A stretch of DNA of 63,650 nt, the filler included. It is 9 parts of 9 records of this genome, joined end to end, with 100 filler letters (N's around TTAATTAATTAA, not from the genome) between each part and the next. Parts side by side here need not be neighbours in the genome. Positions count along the whole stretch, not along the records: positions 40,120 to 48,155 come from SRR31147125_43892; positions 48,256 to 55,865 come from SRR31147125_43944; 7 more parts are not named here. One strand, given 5' to 3'. Each line of letters opens with the position of its first letter. Position 1 is the stretch's first letter. The notes beneath the pieces are model-generated. The model worked only from the letters and a program-made list of their open reading frames with translations, ran no database searches and was not told where the DNA came from. This document shows positions 40,120-50,648 of this stretch, piece by piece. Position numbers and translations under genes: made by a program.

Positions 40120-40596
40120 GAACGGGAATATTCTCCGGTGGATCCGGCCCACCTGACCCAGGCGGTTAAAGCGGTTCAGGGAGCCATCGGATACGACCCG
40201 GCCCGTGGCGACGTCGTTACCATCGAGAATATTCCTTTCGACCGCTCCGAGGAATTCCGTATGGAGGATGAAGCCTGGAACCGGAAACGGCAGATGCAGA
40301 GAGCCATCCTCTGGAGTATCATCGGTGTTACCGGGGTGATAATCCTCTTTGTGGTTGTTCGGCTCATCAGTCGTCAGCTGGAGAAGAGACGCCGGGAGAG
40401 GGAAGAGGAGCTGGCCCGCCAGCACCAGGCCATGCGCGAACAGGCTCTGCGCAGCGCCGAAGAAGAAGGAATCGAAGTCGAGATGTCCGTCCAGGAACGG
40501 GCCAGAATCGAGATGCAGGAGAATGCCAAGAACATGGCGAGGGAGCATCCCGAAGACGTGGCCCAGCTCATCCGGACGTGGCTCGCGGAGGAGTAG
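40120..40596 (+). CDS. fliF: flagellar M-ring protein, 5'-truncated
   Basis: GAIGYDPARGDVVTIENIPF, one TM segment, PEDVAQLIRTWL C-terminus; precedes fliG. Confidence 0.92.
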   Translation, partial: EREYSPVDPAHLTQAVKAVQGAIGYDPARGDVVTIENIPFDRSEEFRMEDEAWNRKRQMQRAILWSIIGVTGVIILFVVVRLISRQLEKRRREREEELARQHQAMREQALRSAEEEGIEVEMSVQERARIEMQENAKNMAREHPEDVAQLIRTWLAEE

Positions 40597-40599
40597 TAC

Positions 40600-41682
40600 A
40601 TGGCCAAGCAGAACCCGGCAGCGGCCCAGGCGGAGGCGAAGGGCCCCGCGGCCGCTTCCAAGTCCGGCGGCAGCACCCACAAGGAGGAGCTCAGCGGAAA
40701 GCAGAAAGCCGCTATCTTCCTGGTGACCCTGGGATCCGACATCTCCTCTGAGATCTTCAAGCATCTGCGTGAAGATGAAATAGAAACACTTACCTGGGAA
40801 ATCGCCCGCCTGGAGAACATCGAACCCGAAGACCGGGACATGGTGCTCCAGGAGTTCCAGGAACTGATGATGGCCCAGGACTTCATCACTTCCGGCGGTA
40901 TTGACTACGCCCGGGAGCTGCTTGAGAAGTCCCTCGGCAACCAGAAGGCGGTGGATATCATCAACCGCCTCACCAGTTCGCTGAAGACCCGGCCGTTCGA
41001 TTTCATCAGGCGTACCGATCCGGCGAATCTTCTGAACCTCATCCAGCAGGAGCATCCCCAGACCATTGCGCTTATCCTGGCTTATCTGGAACCCGCCAAA
41101 GCGTCGCAGATCATGGCCCAGCTCCCCCAGGAGAAGCAGTCCGATGTCGCCAAGCGAATCGCCATGATGGACCGGACCAGCCCGGAAATTCTCCGGGAAG
41201 TGGAACGAGTGCTGGACAAGAAGCTCTCCTCCATGTCCCACGAGGACTACACCGCCGCCGGCGGCGTGGAAAGCATCGTCGATATTCTCAACCTCGTTGA
41301 CCGGACGACGGAGAAATCAATCATCGAGTCTCTGGAAGAGGAAGATCCCGAGCTCGCAGAAGAGATCAAGAAGCGTATGTTCGTCTTCGAGGACATCGTC
41401 ATGCTCGACGACCGGGCCATCCAGAGGGTGCTCCGGGAAGTCGACACGAACGAGCTTGCCAAGGCCCTCAAGGCTGTGGATCCGGAGGTTCAGGATAAGA
41501 TCTTCCGGAATATGTCCAAACGGGCGGCAGCGCTGCTCAAGGAAGACATGGACTACATGGGACCGACCCGCCGGAAAGACGTGGAAGAGTCCCAACAGAA
41601 GATTGTTTCGGTCATCCGGAAGCTGGAAGAGCAGGGCGATATTGTCATTGCCCGTTCCGGTGAAGAGGACGTCCTGGTATAG
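40600..41682 (+). CDS. fliG: flagellar motor switch protein
   Basis: QKAAIFL, GGIDYA, EHPQTIALIL, MFVFEDI, NMSKRAA. Confidence 0.97.
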   Translation: MAKQNPAAAQAEAKGPAAASKSGGSTHKEELSGKQKAAIFLVTLGSDISSEIFKHLREDEIETLTWEIARLENIEPEDRDMVLQEFQELMMAQDFITSGGIDYARELLEKSLGNQKAVDIINRLTSSLKTRPFDFIRRTDPANLLNLIQQEHPQTIALILAYLEPAKASQIMAQLPQEKQSDVAKRIAMMDRTSPEILREVERVLDKKLSSMSHEDYTAAGGVESIVDILNLVDRTTEKSIIESLEEEDPELAEEIKKRMFVFEDIVMLDDRAIQRVLREVDTNELAKALKAVDPEVQDKIFRNMSKRAAALLKEDMDYMGPTRRKDVEESQQKIVSVIRKLEEQGDIVIARSGEEDVLV

Positions 41683-41708
41683 CGCCGGTGATCGGCAGGG
41701 AGTGAGAT

Positions 41709-42611
41709 ATGGCCAAGAATGTTTTTCATCCGGTGGAGATAGTCGACCTCACCGCCCAGAAGGTGAAGGTGGAAGCCCCGGTGTTCGTCTCCGACGAACC
41801 GGAGCCCCTGGATGTCTACGAAGGTCCCACCGCCGACGACCTGCGCCGGGAAGCCGAAGCCTTCCGGGAATCATGGAACGACGAGAAATCCCGGCTGGTT
41901 CAGGAAGCCCGGACCGAAGCCGACCAGATCAAAAAACAGGCGGAACAGACGGCCTTTGAGGAAGTCAAAGCCAAGACGGATGCGGCGATCCGGGACAAGC
42001 GGATTGCCGAAGACGAGGCCGAACGTATCAAGAGCGAGGCTCAGGCCGAAGCCGACGCTGTCCGCGCCCAGGCCGAAGCCGAGCGCGACCGGGTGTTCGC
42101 CGAGGCACGTGCCGATGCCGAAACCCAGGGCCGGGAAGCCGGCTGGGAAGAAGGAAGAGCCGAGGCCGAGAGGCTGATCGACCGGCTGCACAAGATTCTG
42201 GACGCATCCATAGAGAAGCGTCAGGAGATTATCGACGAAGCCGAAACCCAGCTTATTGACCTGGTGCTCCTGGTGAGCCGCAAAGTGGTGAAGGTGATAT
42301 CCGAGAACCAGAAGAACGTGGTGATCAACAACATCGTCCAGGCGCTGAGAAAACTCAAAAGCCGTGGAGACGTGGCCATCCGCGTGAATCTAGCCGACCT
42401 GGACCTTACGACCGAACATGTGAAGGACTTCATGAGGATGGCCGAGAACGTGAAATCCATCACCGTCCTCGAAGATTCCTCCGTAGACAAAGGCGGCGCG
42501 GTGATCGAAACCGACTTCGGCCAGATCGATGCTCGCATCTCCAGCCAGCTTCGGGAAATCGAAGAGAAGATTCTTGAGCTCGTTCCGATCCGCAGTAGCG
42601 GGGAGGGTTGA
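41709..42611 (+). CDS. fliH: flagellar assembly protein
   Basis: GxxxG repeats, GGAVIETDFGQIDARI; MAKNVF N-terminus. Confidence 0.93.
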   Translation: MAKNVFHPVEIVDLTAQKVKVEAPVFVSDEPEPLDVYEGPTADDLRREAEAFRESWNDEKSRLVQEARTEADQIKKQAEQTAFEEVKAKTDAAIRDKRIAEDEAERIKSEAQAEADAVRAQAEAERDRVFAEARADAETQGREAGWEEGRAEAERLIDRLHKILDASIEKRQEIIDEAETQLIDLVLLVSRKVVKVISENQKNVVINNIVQALRKLKSRGDVAIRVNLADLDLTTEHVKDFMRMAENVKSITVLEDSSVDKGGAVIETDFGQIDARISSQLREIEEKILELVPIRSSGEG

Positions 42612-43962
42612 TGATGCTCCTCCTTGAAAAATACCTGAGTGCCGTGGACCGGGTGGATCCGGTGAAATATCTAGGCCGGGTGAAACGGGTGCAGGGAATC
42701 CTGGTGGAAAGCATCGGCCCCCGGGCCGCCGTCGGCGAAATCTGCCATATTCTTCCCTCAGACGGTCGCTCACTGGTGGCCGAGGTGGTGGCCGTCAGGG
42801 ACGAAATCGTGCAGCTGATGTGCTTCGATCCTGTCAACGGCCTGGAAACCGGCGATGCCGTCGTCGCTTCCGGATCGGCGCTGGATGTGGCGGTGGGTCC
42901 GGGAATGCTGGGCCGTGTTTTCGACGCCCTGGGCCGTCCTATGGATGGCAAGGGCCCCATTTCCGTTAAAGACCACTATCCGATGTACGCCTCGCCGCCG
43001 TCGCCGATGGACAGGGCCCCCATCTCCGCCAGGATCAATACCGGCATCAGGGCCATCGACTCGGTGATGCCCATCGGTCAGGGACAGCGGATGGGCATCT
43101 TTGCCGGCTCCGGTGTGGGCAAGTCCACGCTCCTGGGCATGGTGGCCCGTAATACCTCCGCCGACGTGAATGTCATCGCCCTCATCGGCGAGCGGGGCCG
43201 GGAAGTACGGGAGTTTATTGAAAACGACCTTGGGGAAGAAGGGCTTAAACGCTCGATACTGATTGTCTCCACATCAGATACCCCCGCCCTGGCGCGGGTA
43301 CGCGGCGCCTTCACCGCGACGGCGGTGGCCGAATATTTCCGTGATCGCGGCAACAATGTGATGCTGCTGTTCGATTCAGTGACACGCTTCGCTATGAGCC
43401 AGAGGAAATCGGCCTGGCCATCGGTGAGCCGCCGACCACACGTAGTTACACGCCGTCGGTTTTCTCGCTGCTGCCCCGTCTGGTGGAACGTCCCGGGGTG
43501 TCGTCGAAGGGTACCATCACCGGTCTCTACACCGTGCTTGTGGAAGGCGACGATCTGGACGAGCCCGTATCCGATGCCGTCAGGGGCTACCTGGACGGTC
43601 ACATCGTACTCGCCCGGCGGCTAGCCGACCGGAATCACTATCCCGCCATCGATGTTCTGGCTTCTATCAGCCGCGTGGCACCGAGGCTGATGAGCGAAAA
43701 AACAGCTGAAGCTGCCGGAAAAATACGGCAGCTCGTGGCGGCCTATCGGGAAAAGGAAGACCTCATCGACGTCGGCGCCTATGTGACCGGCACTGACCCG
43801 GTTGTGGATGAAGCTATTGAGAAGAAGTCGGCTCTGGATGAATTTCTCAGGCAGGGCATCACGGAGCACGAGGAACCTGCCGATATTTTCCGCAGGGCCG
43901 CAGAACTTGCCGGGATAGAGTGGGACGGAGACGAGGATGAAGAGGTTTCGGTTTTCGCTTGA
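42608..43962 (+). CDS. fliI: flagellar export ATPase, frameshifted near 43404
   Basis: Walker A GSGVGKS, LIGERGRE and LLFDSVTR; continuation EIGLAIGEPP...LDGHIVL...HYPAID in another frame. Confidence 0.93.
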
Positions 43963-44380
43963 TACCCTGCTGTCTCTGCGCAGGGAGAAGGAGCAGGAAT
44001 GCGAAATCGCCCTTGCCGCCGCCGTTGGAGAACTGGCGGCCATCGACAGGCGGATCAACGATGCCAGAAAGCATAGTGACAGCGTTTTCCTGGCCGGCGG
44101 CGCCACACTGGATGACCTGCGGGCCCGTGAAGCCGTGATTCAGAACGCGTCTTCGGTGATTGACTGTCTGCAGGAGCCCCGCAGTCGGGCCTCCGACAAC
44201 GTCGAGTCCGCACGGGGGGCCTATACAAAGGCTCACTCACAGAGGGCCGCCCTGGACCGTCTCAGGGAAAAACGACGAGACCAGTGGAAGGCTGAAGTAC
44301 GACGGGAGGAAACCCGGCGACTGGACGAGACGGCTAAAGGGGCACTGGTGAGAAAGCGACTGACAGGAGGGGATGAATGA
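43937..44380 (+). CDS. fliJ: flagellar export protein
   Basis: MKRFRFSLDTLL.LR, coiled coil, E..RLDE C-terminus. Confidence 0.88.
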   Translation: MKRFRFSLDTLLSLRREKEQECEIALAAAVGELAAIDRRINDARKHSDSVFLAGGATLDDLRAREAVIQNASSVIDCLQEPRSRASDNVESARGAYTKAHSQRAALDRLREKRRDQWKAEVRREETRRLDETAKGALVRKRLTGGDE

Positions 44381-45015
44381 AGAGTTACAGCCGCGGTGGA
44401 GGCATCGCAAGAATTTTCTTCCTACTGGTTTTGATAATCGCCCTGGTGGTCGGTGGTCTCATCTGGCTGGATTTCCTCGGAATCATTGATTTCAAGGACC
44501 AACTGGCCCCGATTACCCGCATCTTCGGCGTCGATCCCCGCGCCGATGTGGAACAGCCCTTTTCTTCGATGCTTCTTGATGCCGACAGACTGACCAAGGA
44601 ACGCCAGTCCATTTCCATAGAACGCCGCGACCTCGAAGCCCGCACCGGCGAGCTCGAAGTACGTGAAGCGGAAGTCGCCCAGAAAGAGAGCCAGGTGGCT
44701 GAAAGAGAAAGATCTGTGGAAGAACGGCAGAATTCTCTAAGTGAGGCTATCCGTCAATACGACAATAAAGTAGCGAACCTTGAACAAACGGCCCTGTACA
44801 TGATGAACATGCCGCCGGAAGACGCGGTGGCCATCATGGGTGAGTACGACGTGGTTGACCTCGTCGACCTCCTGAGGACCAGCGAGCGGCTTTCACAGGA
44901 AGCCGGAACACAGTCGCTGGTAGCTTATTGGCTGTCCCTGATGCCCGACCGCGCCAGAGCGGCGGATATCCAGGACCTGATGGTGGAGAAACCGGGACCG
45001 GACCTGAACGGGTAA
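44377..45015 (+). CDS. flbB: spirochaete periplasmic flagellar collar protein
   Basis: N-terminal TM with GGLIWLDFLG, coiled coil, MPPEDAV, SLVAYWLSLM; position between fliJ and fliK. Confidence 0.8.
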   Translation: MKSYSRGGGIARIFFLLVLIIALVVGGLIWLDFLGIIDFKDQLAPITRIFGVDPRADVEQPFSSMLLDADRLTKERQSISIERRDLEARTGELEVREAEVAQKESQVAERERSVEERQNSLSEAIRQYDNKVANLEQTALYMMNMPPEDAVAIMGEYDVVDLVDLLRTSERLSQEAGTQSLVAYWLSLMPDRARAADIQDLMVEKPGPDLNG

Positions 45016-45061
45016 GCTGACGAGTCGGATTTCTTAATCGCGACTCGGAAGGATTGTCTGG

Positions 45062-46339
45062 ATGACGGACGCTTCAACGATTGTCGCGAATATCGACCAC
45101 GGGCCTGGGCAGGTTGCCGGAACTCCGGCCTCACCGCGCAGAACCGTCGGTAAAGCGAAAGAAGCAGAACAAACAAATGGCAGAACCTTCGCGGACTCCA
45201 TGAAGGATGCCGATACCCGCCGGTCCGATGTGGCGGACAAGCCCGCAAAGACCTTGAAAGGACTGAAAAACAAGGCAGCCATCGCAGTCGGTATCGGAAA
45301 GACCACGATAAAGAGATCCGGAACATTCGGACTGTTTGAATCCAGGGCATCAGCCCTGAAGTCCGGCCGGAAGAAATCCATACCGCTGATCATGGATACC
45401 GGCAACCGAAGACAGAATATGCTTCCCACCGACGATACTGGAATCCGGGACGACGCGGAAGCGGCAGCCGTTCATGAGGCAGCTGAGGCCGAGACCCGGG
45501 ATGTCCATGCCATGGTATCCGGTACCATACTCCTGAACGCGAAAACATTGACTGGAGATGACGGATCCACAGGCAGAAAAGCAGACAGCGGAAACGTGAA
45601 ATCAACAGCTGCAAAACGGAACATCGCCAGGATTCCGGTAGAAGACAAGTTGGAAAATACCGATCTGAGCAGCAGGTCCGGCAAGGTAGAAGTCGTCGAT
45701 AACCGCGAGTTCGGCAGGGTGGAGGAAAAATCACTTCATCCTTTGACAAGCCGGCCAAGGCGGCGGCATCCAGGCCCAGGGAGAAGCTCCGGCCCGGATC
45801 GACGCCGGAACGAATCCTGTTCCCCGAAACGAAGGCTTTACCGTCGCCGAAAGTGAAATCGAGCTCAGCCCCGCGGGGAACAGAGCCGACGCGTCCCGTA
45901 ACGCCGCTGCCGAATTGTCGAAGAAACTCGACGCCGAAGCCGGCAGCGACATCGTCCGGCAGGTGAAGGTTGTGCTGAACCGTGCCAATTCCGGCGAAGT
46001 GAGGATCAACCTCCGGCCGGACAACCTGGGCCGCGTCCGGGTACGGATCCAGCTGGAAGACAACCGTCTGACCGGCCGGATCTTCGTTGAGTCCGCCGCA
46101 GCGAGGAAGCCTTCCGGGACGCCATTGAGGGACTGCAGACCAAGCTGGTGGAAGCCGGATTCGGCGCCGCCGACCTGGAGCTGGCCTGGGACGATTCGGC
46201 ACAGAACTTCGCCGACGGACAGAATCCGAAGGGCAACAGCAAAGCGGAAACCGGGCAGTCGGCCCGTGAATTCGACAATACAATCCCCCTTGCCGCCGCT
46301 GATGACACAGCAGACGGCCGGGTGAATCTCGTGGTGTAG
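45062..46339 (+). CDS. fliK: flagellar hook-length control protein, two frameshifts (about 45720-45760 and 46105)
   Basis: Low-complexity N-terminus; T3S4 domain GEVRINLRPDNLGRVRVRI; tail ending VNLVV in a third frame. Confidence 0.85.
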
Positions 46340-46347
46340 GAGCAGGT

Positions 46348-46782
46348 ATGGATATCGCATCGACATTGAGCGCTTCGGATCAGGCCTCCCTGAATATGCA
46401 GGTGGACGCCTTCAACAAGGCCTTGAACAGCGGGAACGCTGTTTCGCAGAGCCTGGACAAGGATGATTTCCTGAAAATCCTCATTACCCAGCTTCAGCAT
46501 CAGGACCCGAATGAGCCCATGGAAGACAAGGAATTCATCGCCCAGATGGCCCAGTTCTCTTCCCTGGAGCAGATGACCAATATGAGCGCGCAGTTCACCG
46601 AGCTTTCGGCCGCATTGAAAGGGTCGCAGGCTCTGAACCTGATAGGACGGACTGTTGAGGTGGTGGCCGGCGATACTCTCGTCGAGGGTCCTGTGGAAGC
46701 AGTGACCGGCGGGGCATTCCCGCAGCTGCTGGTCAACGGCGCATATTACGACTACGACGACATCACGAAAGTCAGCGAATAA
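46348..46782 (+). CDS. flgD: flagellar hook assembly (cap) protein
   Basis: LDKDDFLKILITQLQHQDP.EPMEDKEFIAQMAQFSSLEQ. Confidence 0.96.
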   Translation: MDIASTLSASDQASLNMQVDAFNKALNSGNAVSQSLDKDDFLKILITQLQHQDPNEPMEDKEFIAQMAQFSSLEQMTNMSAQFTELSAALKGSQALNLIGRTVEVVAGDTLVEGPVEAVTGGAFPQLLVNGAYYDYDDITKVSE

Positions 46783-46796
46783 GAGGAGAAGAAGTT

Positions 46797-48155
46797 ATGA
46801 TGCGATCACTTTATTCCGGTGTTTCCGGCCTGCAGAACCATCAGATCAGGATGGACGTTATCGGAAATAATATTTCCAACGTCAACACCGTGGGTTTCAA
46901 GAAGGGCCGGGTGAATTTCCAGGACCTCATCTCCCAGAGCATGAGCGGCGCCGCCCGTCCCACCGACGAAGTCGGCGGTGTTAATCCCAAGCAGATCGGC
47001 CTCGGCATGACCGTCGCCACCATCGATACCATCCACACCCAGGGATCTCTCCAGACCACCGGAGTCATCTCCGATCTGGCTGTCCAGGGCAACGGATTCT
47101 ATGTCCTTCGTACCGGTGACAAGGAACTCTTCAGCCGGGCCGGGGCTTTCGGTCTCGACGCCGAGGGCTACCTGGTGAATCCCGCCAACGGCATGCGCCT
47201 CCAGGGCTGGGTACCCGAACAGCTCGCCGACGGTACCGTCGGGGCCATCAAGACCGCCGCCGATGTCACTGACCTGATCATCCCCGTGGGTTCCAAAGAT
47301 CCCGCCCGGGCCACCACCCTGGTGGAGCTGGCCTGTAACCTGGATAAGCGTACTCCGGTTATTCCCGAAGGCGCCGGCCCGGCTACAGTCAGTGAAGGAA
47401 CCTGGAGCCTGGACAAGAAGGTCTACGACGCCTTCGGCAATACCCATGTGCTCCGAATGAACTTCACCAGGACTGACGGAATCAACAACTCCTGGGATGT
47501 CGTCGTGCAGGTGGATCCCGATCGGCCCGAAGATGCCGACATCCCCAGCAACGTCACTCTCGGACTTGATGAAGGAACCGCCGCCGGAAACGGCAACAAC
47601 GAGGGTGAGTTCACCATCACCTTCGACAACCTCGGCGCCATCGCAACCGTCACCGATGCTCAGGGAAACCTTGCCGACGCCGGCAAGATACAGATTCCCG
47701 TCACCTTCGATATTGAAAACGATGCCAACGGCGAGATTCTCACCCAGGCGTTCCTGATTGATGTCGGTGAGGTGGGAAGCTATACAAACTCCACCACCCA
47801 GTTTGCCGAAACGTCCAGCACCAAGGCTTTCCGGCAGGACGGCTATTCGATGGGATACCTGGAAACCTACAAGATCGACCAGAAAGGCGTTATCACCGGT
47901 GTGTACTCCAACGGTACCGAACGGGACCTCGGACAGATCGCCATGGCTACCTTCACCAATCCCGGAGGCCTGGAGAAGGTCGGTGAAACGGCTTTCAGTG
48001 AGAGCATCAACTCCGGTGAAGCGCTGATCGGACCTTCCGGAGTGGCCGGCAAGGGCAAGATTATTTCCGGAACACTGGAGATGAGCAACGTGGACCTCGC
48101 CGAGCAGTTCACCGATATGATCGTCACCCAGAGGGGATTCCAGGCCAACAGCAAA
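46797..48155 (+). CDS. flgE: flagellar hook protein, 3'-truncated
   Basis: MMRSLYSGVSGL, IGNNISNVNTVGFK, LEMSNVDLAEQFTDMIVTQRGFQAN. Confidence 0.97.
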
Positions 48156-48255
48156 NNNNNNNNNNNNNNNNNNNNNNNNNNNNNNNNNNNNNNNNNNNNT
48201 TAATTAATTAANNNNNNNNNNNNNNNNNNNNNNNNNNNNNNNNNNNNNNNNNNNN
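48156..48255. other. artificial contig linker
   Basis: N44-TTAATTAATTAA-N44. Confidence 0.99.
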
Positions 48256-48287
48256 GCGACGGACGGATATATAGGTCTTCTGGGGCA

Positions 48288-49037
48288 TCAGGATTGCGCG
48301 CGTTTGACGATCTCGAGGAAGGATTGCGCTTCGAGTCCGGCGGAGCCGACGAACACTCCGGACACCCCGTCGATTTTGAGATAGTTCTCAACATTGCCAG
48401 GATTTACACCGCCGCCGTAAATGATCGGATATCTCGGGTATACCTGAGAAATGTAGTTCACAACCTCGCCGGTTTTTACAGGTGCCTGCGGCTCGGGATA
48501 CCCCACATCATCAACAGGGCAATACGCGATGACCATCGTATCGCAGTCGATATCGCCAAGGGCGGTCAGCTGCGACATCGCGTTTTTCTCATCCACGCAG
48601 ACAATCGGGATGATACCTCCGTCCGCCGCCTCGCTCACTTTGTTGGTTACATCATTGGACGTTTCGTGAAAATAGCGGCGGCGCTCGGAGTGCCCGACGA
48701 TCGCATATGCGCTGATCCCCTTGAGCATATCGGCGGCGGTCGCCCCGGTATAGCTTCCCTGCGGGAACGGGGAGACATCCTGGGCTGCCAGGGACACCCC
48801 CCGCGGCCCGGACTCCTCGAGAAGTTGAGCAACCTGGGCGAGGAGGATCAGCGGCGGCGCCAGCACCACCTCAACGCCCTCGGTCGGTCGGTACCCCGCG
48901 TTGAAGGTATCGAGCCAGGTGCGCGCCTGGACAAACGATTTCCTGCATTTCCAGTTGGCGATTACATAACGTGTGCCGTTCCACTTATCATTCATCCCAT
49001 GTTCCCCGCTGAACCACACAGTCCCTCCAGCCCTCAA
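48288..49037 (-). CDS. triosephosphate isomerase homologue with a degenerate active site (start uncertain, 48995-49037)
   Basis: ANWK, AAQDVS, GSYTG, VGHSERR and IYGGGV present; canonical IAYEPVWAIG reads IAYCPVDDVG. Confidence 0.85.
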   Translation of the reverse strand: MRAGGTVWFSGEHGMNDKWNGTRYVIANWKCRKSFVQARTWLDTFNAGYRPTEGVEVVLAPPLILLAQVAQLLEESGPRGVSLAAQDVSPFPQGSYTGATAADMLKGISAYAIVGHSERRRYFHETSNDVTNKVSEAADGGIIPIVCVDEKNAMSQLTALGDIDCDTMVIAYCPVDDVGYPEPQAPVKTGEVVNYISQVYPRYPIIYGGGVNPGNVENYLKIDGVSGVFVGSAGLEAQSFLEIVKRAQS

Positions 49038-49355
49038 TCAGTCCCGGCATTGCTCCGCCAGCAGCGTTCGCAGCCGCTCGCTCAATTCCCGCTCACCGAG
49101 CGTTTTGAAATAAAAGGTTTTCCTTCTCGACGTTTCCCCAGCCTGCAATGCTATCCCAGCCGGCTTCACGCCCAGCAGTTTCGCCAGATACACGCGAACG
49201 GCCTTGTTCGCCTTACCGTCGACCGGCGGGGCCGTTACCATCAATTTCAGCCTGTCGTCGTGTACGCCACAGCACCTGTTTCTGGCCGAACGAGGCTGGA
49301 CATGTACCCGCAGAGTCGGGTGACCCCTGCCGGTTCGGCCAACTAGCCCCGTCAT
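49038..49355 (-). CDS. yggU: DUF167 (YggU-like) protein
   Basis: VHVQPRS, VTAPPVDGKAN, GETSRRK. Confidence 0.9.
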   Translation of the reverse strand: MTGLVGRTGRGHPTLRVHVQPRSARNRCCGVHDDRLKLMVTAPPVDGKANKAVRVYLAKLLGVKPAGIALQAGETSRRKTFYFKTLGERELSERLRTLLAEQCRD

Positions 49356-49358
49356 CTA

Positions 49359-50293
49359 TCACCCGTCACTCAGGTACGCAATCCCGCCGTCAGCAAGGCT
49401 GCGCTTCAACCGCTCCTCGCTGTCAGCTTCCTCCCGGGCGTCCCCTCCGGAATCCCCTCCGTCACCTGACGGCGACTCTTCTTCGAACTCGGCCAACTCG
49501 GTGAAATCGATTTTCTGGAAAAGATCATCATAGCGCACAGCATCCCCCGGTTACCCGGAGAAACAGCATCCAGACTCTGCAGATGGCCGGTGAGCATACG
49601 ACGCAGATCTTCCCTGATGCTTCTGCTCCGGGACGCAAGTGTCTCGATCTCATCGTTGAGCTGCAGGATCTCAAGTGATGCCTTTTTACGCATGCGCTCG
49701 ATCTCCTCCTGTGCCGCTTCGATCAACCGGCTGGAATCCTGCCGGACCTCTCGCGCCAGCTGCTCACCCTGCTCCCTTGCCTCCTCAAGCCGTTGCTCAA
49801 GCTCCGCAACCTGTGCCCTGAGCGACGAGTTCTCGCCTTCGGTCAGGGCCTGTGTGCGGCGCAGCTCATCGACGGTCGCCCGGGACTTCCGGTACGTGCT
49901 CTCGAGATCTGAAATCTGCGTCTCCTTTGATTTCAGCCCACCTTTCAGACCGTCACGCTGGACTACCAGCTCAGCGGCCTGATCCTTCATCCGCTCGAGC
50001 TCCCCGAGCAACTCCATCCCGTTTTGCTCTTTGACCCGGAGCTCGGACTTGAGTTTTTCGAGATTGTCCTTGAAAACATCGACAACATCCTCGTACGCCT
50101 TCCGGTCGTCGGCGGCATGGTCCAGCTTCGTCTTCTGAGCTTCCGCCTGCTCTTCCAAACCGGCGACCCGCTCATAGAGTACGGTCAACTCGGCAGCCAG
50201 TGACTCCAGGAAAGACGTTACTTCGGCGGGATCGAGCCCCCTGAATCTGGTCTGAAATGTTTTACCGGTGATATCTTCAGGACGTATCGCCAT
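49359..50293 (-). CDS. divIVA: DivIVA-domain coiled-coil protein, frameshifted at G5 (49544-49548)
   Basis: IRPEDI..KTF..RFRGLDPAEV..FL; long coiled coil; the alternative-frame tail YDDLFQKIDF...GIAYLSDG stops at 49359, next to the DUF167 start. Confidence 0.82.
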
Positions 50294-50329
50294 GGCTGCT
50301 ATCCTCCATACAGCGGTCCCCGCGTCCCC

Positions 50330-50629
50330 CTATCCGATCCCGTGGCCCATCTGCCTCAGTGTCGGAACGAGAAAACTCTGCAGAAACATGATAATCACGA
50401 TCAACACAACCGGGGACAGGTCTATCCCCCCCATACTGACCGGCAGAACCCGGCGGATCCGCCCGAGCAGCGGCTCGGTTATTTCGTAGAGAAACCGTAC
50501 AATCGGATTGTACGGGTCGGCATTGACCCAGGATATGACGGCCCGGCCAATAATTACCCACATATAGGCGGTGAGCAGGAAGTCGACGATTCCAGCCAGC
50601 GCCGTCAGAAAATTCGATGCAACAAACAT
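50330..50629 (-). CDS. yggT: YggT-family membrane protein
   Basis: ISWVNADPYNPIVRFL..ITEP.L..IRR, IDLSP. Confidence 0.93.
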   Translation of the reverse strand: MFVASNFLTALAGIVDFLLTAYMWVIIGRAVISWVNADPYNPIVRFLYEITEPLLGRIRRVLPVSMGGIDLSPVVLIVIIMFLQSFLVPTLRQMGHGIG

Positions 50630-50648
50630 TCAATCCCTCTGCATTGTG

